Source: Ginkgo biloba
Taxonomy: Eukaryota; Plantae; Ginkgophyta
Assembly (NCBI GenBank): GCA_024626585.2
Contig: JANKJI020000002.1
Span: 193,835,334 to 193,861,341 of the forward strand
Reading direction: 5' to 3'
DNA length: 26,008 bases
In this document: positions 10,237 to 20,760 of the stretch, in pieces
Position numbering within the stretch: the first letter of the stretch is position 1
How the letters are laid out: each line of letters opens with the position of its first letter
Notes under the pieces: generated by a model
Told to the model about the DNA's origin: nothing
The model's database searches: none
The model's input: only the letters and a program-made list of their open reading frames with translations
Position numbers and translations under genes: made by a program

Positions 10237-11200
10237 GAGATTATTGACATAATCTCTTGCTAAACTTAAATATTTCTATACATAAGGTACAAGTTGAGTG
10301 AGGATGGACTCCAACTTTCAAATATCATCAATGTTACTCGAGATCTCATGGTCATTCTCCTCTACCTCATGATGCATCTCATCGATGACCTCTTCCTTTT
10401 CTTATAGTTTCTTCTTAGTAGCATTACACTCCCCTCAAATCCTAATAACCTATACTTGTAAATGCGATAGCCTATTTTCCACTTTGAGAGAAAGTGGGGG
10501 TTCTTCCTTCAACATTGATTCCTTTTATCTTAGGATATATACACGAGGGCATAGGTTAGGTTAAACTTCTACAACTAGGATAGATCATTCCTCTAAAGGT
10601 AATGTACCTAAAATACTAATATCGTGTAGCAATAGATTGAATTTCTCCTTCTAAGAATATTCCTCCTTATGGTCCTAGTTGGATTTAAGAATCAACTTGA
10701 GATCCAAATCTTCTACCTTTATTATTAATTCCTTGGTTGTGCCAGTGATTAATCTGTTGACAACTTGGGTAGTCATGGCATCGTTAAATATTTATAAAGT
10801 AGGAATGAAGTGACCCTTACTTTTATCTCTAACCTTCTATAGGGAAGGGATGGGACAACATCTAAGGAGGATTCAATGGAAGGATATATTATGGAAAATA
10901 CCTAACACCACTGATTCAAAGGGATTTAGGTAACTATAGGCTAGGTAGAAGTGGAAGCAACCACACTTATTGGATTTATAGATAAATGCATGGTAGTTGA
11001 AAATCCATAAGATATATTTGGAGTTATAGATGTGGTTGTAGACTTTAGATCTTTTCAAATATTAGTAGAAGGTAGGATGATAAAGTATTTTTGGCATTCT
11101 TCTTTTTCCTTCTTCCCTTTGACCTCACCTAATTTTTGTTTCTTCTGTCTTCCTTCTTTCTCCCTAACTTGATCACTTCTTCCAATTTGAATGGAATGAC
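10227..11200 (-). pseudogene. Decayed extra (env-position) ORF of an LTR retrotransposon, coiled-coil rich
   Basis: KKKL*EKEEVIDEMHHEVEENDHEISSNIDDI*KLESILTQLVPYV*KYLSLARDYVNNLKGE runs into the PPT. All three internal stops revert to CAA/CGA/CAG. K/E-rich and S/T/P-rich stretches lie upstream. Confidence 0.5.
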
Positions 11201-11300
11201 NNNNNNNNNNNNNNNNNNNNNNNNNNNNNNNNNNNNNNNNNNNNNNNNNNNNNNNNNNNNNNNNNNNNNNNNNNNNNNNNNNNNNNNNNNNNNNNNNNNN

Positions 11301-12369
11301 CATTCACTATAAGGTGTTTAATCTCACCCATGGTTTCTACTAACCTAAAGTATATTACTTTAACCACTTGGTTGGTCTAAGAATAACCAAGCCTTATATC
11401 CTTCATCACCATGTATGGGATTATATTATCTAAAGATTTAGTGTCTACAATGCAGTTATATAAAATAAACTCATTTATATTATATGAGATGTAGAAAGGT
11501 GGACTCTTTTATCTCAAAGCTAGAACAACTACTTGAGTAGATTCTTATTCAACCAAGGTGTTGAGATATTTATCATCAACATATAGGCCCCCCATTATTC
11601 ACTCCTTTTGCTGAGGTAGTCTCATTACTTAATACAATCTTATTCTAGTTGAATATTTCCTTAAATCCTTCAAGATATCATAATCATATCCAGGGAGGGC
11701 CTTGCTTGCAAGTGAGTCTAACCTCAAAACATATGAAGGTATAAATCCTTGGGAATAATCTTGAGTCTTAGTGTCTATAGGAACAAGAGAGATTAAATTA
11801 GTGGACTTGGAAGAGGTTAAGCGATTAAGCGAATTTGACTTCTAAGGAAGAATATGTCTTCTTTTGTCTCTAATAACTTTAGACCTAGTTTGCATTGCTA
11901 ACTCTACTTAACAAGGGTCAAAATATTCTTCTAAAATCTGATCATGTTAAAATATACTAGGAACTCATTGAATCCTGACTCTGATTTAGCTATATCCTTA
12001 TATATGATATCTTGCTTATTTATAAAAATATCGTCATAGTCTTCACAAGGCACTTCGTGATTAGAAGTGGATGGATCCTCCTCAGGCCTCTACAAGTAAG
12101 TGACTTTCTTATTGTTCTATTTTGTGCCTTATATTTTTAAGGATACAATTGCATTACTCATATTTCTAATAAGTGCTTGAGTTCGAGGATTGGTCATGAT
12201 TGTAACTACATTATTGTCCTCTTTAGGAGTGGTCAAATTTAAAGGCTTGACCTTTCTAACCTCAATAAGTCTTTCTTCAATGGACACAATAATCATTTTT
12301 ATATTATTTAGATCAATAAGCATCTTATCTTCCATAGAATACCTCATGTAAAGACCCAATACTTCCAAG
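11301..12369 (-). pseudogene. Ty3/gypsy (Athila/Tat-like) gag C-terminus + protease
   Basis: SPPFYISYNINEFILYNCIVDTKSLDNIIPYMVMKDIRL..ETMGEIKHLIV matches PPFYISL..LHNCMLDSGASxNIMP..IGEIKDL. ORF 12129-12368 looks gag-like. Confidence 0.75.
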
Positions 12370-12469
12370 NNNNNNNNNNNNNNNNNNNNNNNNNNNNNNN
12401 NNNNNNNNNNNNNNNNNNNNNNNNNNNNNNNNNNNNNNNNNNNNNNNNNNNNNNNNNNNNNNNNNNNNN

Positions 12470-13240
12470 AATGACTACTATGGCCGTGCTATTTTTGGAG
12501 GCTATCGACTCAGCCCACTGGGTGCAATAGTCCATCGTGGTTAGCAAGAGCTTGTGTCCATCGAAAGAGTGGGGGTTTATCACCCCTACAAATTTTAGGC
12601 CCCATTGGACAAAGGGCCTGCCTTCAATGATTGACTATAGGGGTATCATAGCATGAGTTTCTTTCTTAGCGTAAACCTAGCACTTATGACAGGCCTTGAC
12701 ATGAGCGTGAGCATCCTTGAAGATGGTGGGCCAATAGTAACCTACTCTTAAGCTATTGTACATTGTTGTATTTCTAAAGGGGTTCCTACTTCCTAATTTC
12801 TTATGGAAGCTACCAATGATTTGGTCAGCTTCCTCCTCAGTGACACACCTGAGGTATATCCCTTGGTAATTCCTTCGGTAGAGGATCCCTTTATTGAGCA
12901 TGTAGTGAACAATCTTGAGCTTCAGATCCCTTCTTTGTATCCTATTTAGTTCAGGTGGGAAGACCATGTGTATGAGAAGATATATAATATGAGTGTACCA
13001 CTCATCTCTACTCACTTGAGGCTGGTCCATGTAAAAATGATGGTTCTTGGATCTACCTCTACAATTTCTTTCACCAGCCCTTGGCCCTGTACAATCTTGG
13101 TTGAATTCATCTCCATGTCAAATTCTTGCATCTTGGTGACCCATTTACCTCTCCTCTCTCTGATCTCATTCTGTGCCAGCATTAACTTGACCATTAGGTC
13201 TACCACAATGGCAACTAGTTGACCATTGGGAGCCATTTCT
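12470..13240 (-). pseudogene. Ty3/gypsy non-chromovirus (Athila/Tat-like) RNase H C-terminus + integrase N-terminus and core start
   Basis: RRGKWVTKMQEFDMEMNSTKIVQGQGL, WYTHIIYLL..YLRCVTEEEA..LRVGYYWPTIFKDAHAHVKACHKC and PFVQWGLKFVGVINPHS..TTMDYCTQWAE. Confidence 0.92.
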
Positions 13241-13302
13241 TAGCTAATACAAAACTATCAAAATAATAGTCTTCTATCATTTATCTATAATAATTGATTT
13301 AT

Positions 13303-13485
13303 AAAGATGCAATTAATGTATAAAATGTGTAATCCATGTATAAAACATATAATAAACTTGATGAAGATGCAATTGGAATGAACTAAAAATGTAATTGGAG
13401 TGCAAACAAGATGCAATCAACTCACTAGAGATGCAATCAAAATATACCACAAATGCAATCAGAGTATAAACAAGATGCAATAAGA
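13303..13485. repeat. Degenerate minisatellite with core AGATGCAAT, spaced ~20-23 bp
   Basis: About 8 copies of (a)gatgcaat or decayed variants, e.g. aagatgcaatta, aagatgcaattg, aagatgcaatca, gagatgcaatca, aaatgcaatca, aagatgcaataa. Confidence 0.75.
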
Positions 13486-14191
13486 TCATTACTAGAACTG
13501 TCTAAATTATAGCTTCAACCTAGATATTCACCTATATACAGGATGGGTATATGGGTATATGCTAATAGTTCTCCACTTAGACTAGTTAGTATAGATTAAT
13601 TCCTAGGGTTTGTTTCTAGTTTTTCCTTACTTGAGTATTGGTTCCTCAACCAAGGAGTTTATATTTGAGGCCTTCGAACCCTACGAAATTAATATAAGTG
13701 GTGCTACCTCACTTTTTATGGGTCTCTATTGCCTTTCAATACAATCGAGCGGTCGTAGGCATCCTCTTGGTAAAAGATTCTTATGGTGGGAATCAAAAGT
13801 TTGGAGGTGAAGACCGTCATTCGCTAGTGGACCATTTGCAAGATCTATGCATGTTTATTTATTTTGGGTGGTAAAGTTTATTTTTCTCTAGGATATTTTC
13901 CCTTCTCNNNNNNNNNNNNNNNNNNNNNNNNNNNNNNNNNNNNGGTCCTCATGATCACTCCTTTGGGGAGAAGTGCCCTCCCATTTAGTTTCTAAGAACT
14001 TTCTTCGTAAAGTAAAGGCCCTCTACCCTCTAAATCTCCTACTAATGCCACTAATTCCATTCTTCCCAACCCTAAATTCATCAAAATAAAGGATCAAATA
14101 CCATTTATAAAGGTTATTTATTTAATTTCCAAATATGATTTAGATTTGTTAAGATAAAATATTATAANNNNNNNNNNNNNNNNNNNNNNNN

Positions 14192-15120
14192 AACATGCAA
14201 GTTTTATAACATTTGGCCAACCCCCAATATTCTCTACACTTGGATTTACTCTATTGGTCCCCTCTAGTTCAAGGAATTAACATCTCCATTTGTGGGAGAT
14301 ATTTTTTATTAGTTATTTTAGTAGCAGTAATGATAATGACTCCATATTTGAAAAAGTACCTTAGTTCTTAGGGTATTTAAGGCTCTACTTGAACCACTGG
14401 TATGATAATTTTCATCCCACTAAAGAAATTTTAAGGAAAATTTGAGTATATATCAAGATCCATTTTTGTTCATGGCACCTTTGGAAAGAGGAGGTATCCA
14501 TTGGTAATACTATAGGAAAATTCATAAATACATTCGAAAGAACTAAGCCTAGATTACTGGTTAACCACTCATTCATCTATGTCAAGCTCAATCTAGAATA
14601 GGGTCTTTAGATTCCATTCTCCTCAAGGTAAATGAATCTCTATCCCTCAAGCATAAACTTGATTATGAAATTCTTCCCTTCAATTATAGTCATTTCCATA
14701 ATTATGATCATTTTGTAAGAAGTTGCCCATATAATCCTCCATCTTAAGATAATCATATAAAACACCCCTTAGAGGAAGACTACACATAGGTTAGAAGAGG
14801 AAGAATAAATAGCTCCAAAAGACCCCCAAAATCTTAGGATAAGCAAGATAATCTCCATAACCCATCACATTCAAATCGCTTTGATATTTTAAGCATAGAA
14901 GAGCCAAAATCAATCCAAAATACTTTTGACCACCCCTCTTCCTCAGTAGAGATCCCTAATTAGGTACTAAAAAAGTTATAGCATAAGGTTATAGATCTTA
15001 AGGATACCTCTAAATAAGGGCACCTCCCACTAAAATAGAAGCAACCTAAAGACATAAGAATTAATCAAGCATCTCCACTCCCCCTTACAATATGCGAGGT
15101 GGGAAATCAAGAAGACAATC
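14192..15120 (+). pseudogene. LINE (L1) ORF1 pseudogene
   Basis: CKFYNIWPTP..LYLNHWYDNFHPTKE..HLWKEEVSIGNTIGKFI..LDYEILPFNYSHFHNYDHFVRSCP (14658-14729, decayed CCHC), then SNRFDILSIEE. It has frameshifts. Confidence 0.88.
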
Positions 15121-15403
15121 CNNNNNNNNNNNNNNNNNNNNNNNNNNNNNNTTAAAAATTCATAGATCATATTGATATCAGTAGAGATATACTTCATTTA
15201 AAGAAAATAGTATCAAATAATAACATAGCCAATTATGCATACACAAATTTGGATATGGAAGACAATCAGTTGTATTACTTAAGCACACCTAATAATCTCT
15301 CTTTAAAATCCAAGGACAAATAATATGACATAATGGTGTAGGTCATGAATGCTGAAATATTGTTACACATTTACATGTTACATTGCATCAAATTTTTGAC
15401 CTA

Positions 15404-15494
15404 TCAACAAAACATTGGATGTCATGTGGTAAATCATTTGCCAACCATTTTTGGAAATTCAACAAACATTGGTTGCTACGATGTAAATCATTCT
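15404..15494. repeat. Two-copy imperfect direct repeat
   Basis: caacaaaacattggatgtcatgtggtaaatcattt and caacaaacattggttgctacgatgtaaatcattct. Confidence 0.7.
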
Positions 15495-16030
15495 GACCAA
15501 TTTCAGAAATTATGTCTTACAAGAATGGTGGGAAAACAAGTTCTGTTCTCATTATAGCTTCTGATAACTGTCTGAAAGTTTTTTAAGACAAATATTTTCT
15601 GATGTTGACATGGATAAACTAGGACAATTACCACCCATCAGTTCTCTGACACCTGCTGGAAAAATTTACTGACCAATGCCCAAAATTTCAGAACAATATT
15701 GGAAAAGATATGTTATCTGAACATTATTTAAATAAAAGGCCTGTATGACCATGGTATGATTGGCGGAAGTAACGATCAAATCCAGTTGTGGGAACAAACA
15801 TAAATTAAAAAAAAAAAGCAGAAACGGAAAACGAAGCGTGTATAGTGTCATTCGAAGCTCCAAATTTGTGCAATTTGCTGCAGATCGTTTTTCAGGCATT
15901 TTCTGGAGTCTTTGTGAGTTGTTTATTTCGANNNNNNNNNNNNNNNNNNNNNNNNNNNNNNNNNNNNNNNNNNNNNNNNNNNNNNNNNNNNNNNNNNNNN
16001 NNNNNNNNNNNNNNNNNNNNNNNNNNNNNN

Positions 16031-18267
16031 NATAGTATAGAGAAGGTTGCCAACTATATCTAGAAAGTTAGCATTTGGTAAAAGATAGAGGCTAGAATCC
16101 AATCAAGAATCATTCTTCTTATGTGGTCAAATCAATCAATTCATTTTATTAAATCCAAAATAGAAAAGAGTTAGATCAAACTCAAGTTCCTTTATTTGAT
16201 AGATGGCAAAAAATATAGTTTATAAAAATGTTTGTAGTCTTAACTCAAAAATAACTAAATTAGAATGTTGGAAATCCATTTGAGAAGACATATGATAGTT
16301 AACAACTCATAATACAATCATTTATGGAGATTTCAATTCAATTATAGATCCAAAAGACAAGAGAGGAGGAACATTCTCTCTAAATCTAGTAAGAGACTCC
16401 ATAAAGGAGGGAATAAATAAATTCAATTTAGTTGACATTTGGCCTAGTCAAGTTGGTTCACATGGTCCAATAGAAGATCAAGGAAGCATCCATTTCTAAG
16501 AGGCTTGATAGATTCATAATAGACTTATCACTTCTTAGTTCCCAGATGGGCATGGAGGTAAACATTCTTTATAGTTCTCTTATTTATCACTGGTCGATCT
16601 CTCTTAAGTTTGAATTAGTGGAAATCCCAAATAACATCCCATTTATGTTAAACATAGTATGGTGTGAAAATCTAGACTTTTATGAAAAACTCTCATCTTG
16701 GTGGAAAGAAGGAAGTCAAATTCTTAGAACGGCAACATATAACTTTCCTAAAAAACATCAAAGGCTCAAACAAATATTGAAATCATGGGCCAAGGAACTC
16801 TCAATAGCCCAAAAAAATATCAAGGAAAACCTTTCAAATGATATATATAATATCTATAAAATCATGTTGTGAGAAGGCTTCAGTCAATAAATCATCACTA
16901 GGGAACAACAAGCTTTAGCAAAATTGGAAAATATTCAAGATAAAGAATAGGAAACTTAGAGGTTAAAATCCAAAATTTTATGGTTGTAAAGGGGGGACCA
17001 AAATAAATATTTATTCCATAAATCAATTTTACATCATTGAAGCCAAAACTCCATAAAATGATAGGGGTGAAGAGATTAAATACCAAGAAGGAATCATAAC
17101 AAAGGTAGTCAACTTCTTTAGGGATCTTTTGAATGAGGATATTATGGATATAAGTACCTCACAATATAAAATATTACAATACATCAACAAAATAGTTGAT
17201 GACCATCAAAATTATGAATTGACAAAAGGATTTTATCTAGAAGATATTAAGAACATAATATGAAAAATGAAAAAGGATAAAGCACCTAGACCAGATGGCT
17301 TTCAAGTTAATTTCTATGTGTCTTGATAGGAAATAATCAAGCTTGATCTTCTAGAAATGGTGGAGGAATTGAGAAAGACTGGGAAAATCTATGGATCCAT
17401 AAATATAACCTTCTTGGAAACTATACCCAAGAACAAATATGCACTTCACTTCTCTAGATTTTAGCCAATCTCCCTTTGCAACACTAATTATAAAATCATT
17501 GTAAAAATCATGGCCAATAGACTAAAATAAGTTCTTCCTAATTTGGTTTCAGAAGAATAAGGAGGCTTCATAAAAGGTAGATCAATCTACAATAATGTCA
17601 TAATAGCTCAAGAGGCCTTACACATAATCAAGTGTATTAAGACCAAAGCAATGCTATTGAAGTTGGATATGGCCAATGATTTTGATTGAATTAATTTGAG
17701 ATGTTTATTGAAATTTCTTTAGAAATTTAGCTTTGCCAAGCAGTGTATCAACTGGTGGAAGGGTGCATTGCAACCCTCACTTTGTACTTTCAATAAATGG
17801 AGGGCCTATAAAATGTTTCTCATCCAACAGAGGAATAAAACACGGGTTCCCTTTTTGTTCTTGTTGCAGAATGTTTAAGAAGAGCCTTGCAATCCAAAGC
17901 CGAAGAGGGGAAAATAGGAGTAAAAACCACATCCAACTCCAAAACTGTGAATCACACCTTGTTCTCTGACGACACCCTACTGTTGGGAGTGGGTACTATT
18001 TTGAATGCAAATAAATTTAAATAAGTTATAGATCTTTTCCTTGAAGCGTCGATAGGTAGCCTAAATCTGCGAAATTCTTGGATTTCAAAGAGGTAATCCA
18101 AAGAACCATTTAGATACTTAGGCATCCCACTCTACCCTAATGCTTTCTGTTTCTTTGATTGGGAATTCCTGTTAAAAAAGTTGAAAGGCAGAATACATAC
18201 TTGGATCACAACTTGGATCTGTCTTGTAGGAAGAAGACGCTCCTCAAATCCGTTTTATTTTCCGTCC
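16031..18267 (+). pseudogene. LINE (L1) ORF2: APE endonuclease + reverse transcriptase
   Basis: EN reads IIYGDFNSIIDPKDKRGG, FTWSNRR and RLDRF. RT reads DKAPRPDGF, F*PISLCNTNYKIIVKIMANRLK, *GGFIKGRSIYNNVIIAQE, KLDMANDFD, NHTLFSDDTLLLG (FADD motif), PFRYLGIPL and LLKSVL. Confidence 0.93.
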
Positions 18268-18367
18268 NNNNNNNNNNNNNNNNNNNNNNNNNNNNNNNNN
18301 NNNNNNNNNNNNNNNNNNNNNNNNNNNNNNNNNNNNNNNNNNNNNNNNNNNNNNNNNNNNNNNNNNN

Positions 18368-20760
18368 GATTCATACTAAAAATCCTTGAAGGGTTTGTAT
18401 TTGACAAAATGTATATCAATTAGGTTGAAGGGTGCATCTGTAATCATTTATTCATATTTTTTATAAATGGAGGGCATACAAATTTCTTCTTGTCCACCCA
18501 AGGAATAAGACAGTGCTTCCCTTTATTCCCATTTCTCTTTGTCCTTATTTTTGAATCATTAAGAAGATAATTATAAACTAAAATTTATGAGGGCCAAATA
18601 GGAGTAAATATTACTTCCAACTTCAAAATTATAAATCACACCACAACACTCTATTATTGGGAGCAAGCACTATCCCAAATGAAAAATCATTTAAATTATT
18701 ATTATATCTCTTCCTTAAAGTGTTTAGAGGCAAGCTAAATCTTAGTAAGTGCCACATCTTCTTATATAATGTCCAGGCAAGACAACTAGCCAAAATATGT
18801 AGAATTATAAGATTTCAAAGGGGTAACTCCAAATAACCTTTAAGATATTTGGTCATCCCTCTTTCTCATAATACTCTTTGTTTCTTCGACTAGGATTTCC
18901 TAATAAAAATTTTTAAAGGTAGAACCCATAGATTAGCTCCCCCTCACAGGAAGAAGAAATCTTCTAAATTCAGTCTTATCCTCCATTCCTATCTTCTAGA
19001 CTTCAATTGTAACTACTCCAAATAAATTCCATCCATGAGATAGATAAATTATTGAGGCACTTCCTATGGAAAGGATGCAAAGGTGGATAGAAAACATCAA
19101 AACTTACCAAATGGTACACGGTCCACCTCCTCAAATCTGATGGAGGTTTGGGAGTAAAAAATCCTACAATAATGTCCAAGGCTCTGGCAGGAAAAGTCAC
19201 TTGGAATTTTTATCAAACCCAAAAATATTATAGGCCCAAATACTTTAAAATATTACTATGTCTATCACTCACCGAAATACCTCCTTGTCGGGATCATTCC
19301 TCATATTAAAGGATCTAGAATCTGGACTTACATATTGGAATTAATGCAACTAGTTAAGAAAACATTTTCTTAGAGTATTAGAGAGGCATATGTAAATAGA
19401 CATGATCAAATATTATCAATCCATCCTCCTTTATCAACCTCAAAAGTATTGGCAAGCATCATTGAATATCTCAAATTAAAGGGGCTAATTAAAGTCAAAT
19501 AGTATAGGATCTATGTTGCTTCCTTCTTTGACCACCAAAGGTGGATAATGTGAACTAAATTAGAGATACCATCATGTTTATAATAAGAATATAAATTATT
19601 CATATTAAATCTCAATCAAAGAGACATTTTTATAAGGGTAGGAAAAGATGTTATATCATGGCTCCATAATGGTAATCTCATTAACTATAATGTAAAATAT
19701 TCCTATGAGTTCATTTCTAAAGGGAAAGTGTTAGAAATAACATAGGAATTCAAAAGAGCAACAAGATAATACGGCCCTCTAAAACAATTTCCAAAATCAA
19801 ATGCTTCAAATGGACATTATTATATTAGGATATACTCGATGGAAAAAATCTTTGTAGAAAAGCATTCTTAGGCCCACATAGATTCCATCAGTGTCACTAA
19901 GAAGAAGATACATGCTCCCACCTCTTTCTCTCCTACTCTTATGCCCAACATATCTAGAATTTGAATATGTAATCATTAAAAATGAAATTAGATGATGTTG
20001 TAGAATATCACTTAATATATGACTTCCTCTTAAATTGGATTTATGAACTATCTCTAGATATCAAGAAAAATTCAATAAGTCATTAAGTAAGATAACTCTA
20101 TTCATCTCTCTCTAGAATCTATGGCTAAATAGGAATAGTTGTTGCTTTAATGACACTTTCCTTGATCCTCAAAGACTATGGCATAAATATATTAGTCATA
20201 TAAGGATCATTTCAAATCCACCCACAAGATTGTGAAACAAATTCAATCTACTTAAATCATACACGATAATAAAAACTCGACATTAGTTCATTTTGGACCA
20301 TATTCACACAATGAAGTAGAATATGACTAATAATAAATTTCTTCCATTGACTCTAGACCCACATAGAAACTACTTAATCTTTGATGGAAACTTAAAATAA
20401 AACCCTAATCTTTTAAGCTTTAGTGGAATAATTTACCCCTAATGTCAATATCCAACAATATTATTTAACAAAGGTTTAGGATTCAACTCCAATAATACGG
20501 AAGAGTTAAAAGGAATAATCAAAGGTCTTAAGATAGAAATTTCTCACTCTCTAAAATAAATATCCATCATGGGAGACTCATCATTAGTTACAAACATCTT
20601 AAACTCCACTTAGAACCCCAAAGACAAGTAGATCCATAATCTTGTTGAAGAGGCATAATAAATCTTAACTCAGTTCAATAATTGTTCTATCAACTAGATC
20701 CCTAAGAAGTTAAACTATATAGTACATTAACAAATAAATTTTGGAGTGATACGATGCTTT
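18368..20760 (+). pseudogene. LINE (L1) ORF2 second segment: RT C-terminal part, zf-RVT, RNase H
   Basis: FINGGHTNFFLSTQGIRQCFPLFPFLFVL, PLRYLVIPL, RHFLWKG..DGGLGVKN and KNLCRKAFLGPHRFHQCH*EEDTCSHLFL. RNase H reads LIFDGNLK*NP..GLGFNSNNTEELKG..IMGDSSLV..IPKKLN (20380-20750). Confidence 0.92.

Noticed and set aside
15345-16063. ORFs 15345-15557, 15666-15899 and 15760-16035 as proteins
   Set aside because: There are no recognisable motifs, and some are inflated by N-runs.
20365-20760. RNase H in a LINE as a novelty
   Set aside because: C-terminal RNase H domains are well documented in plant L1 lineages.
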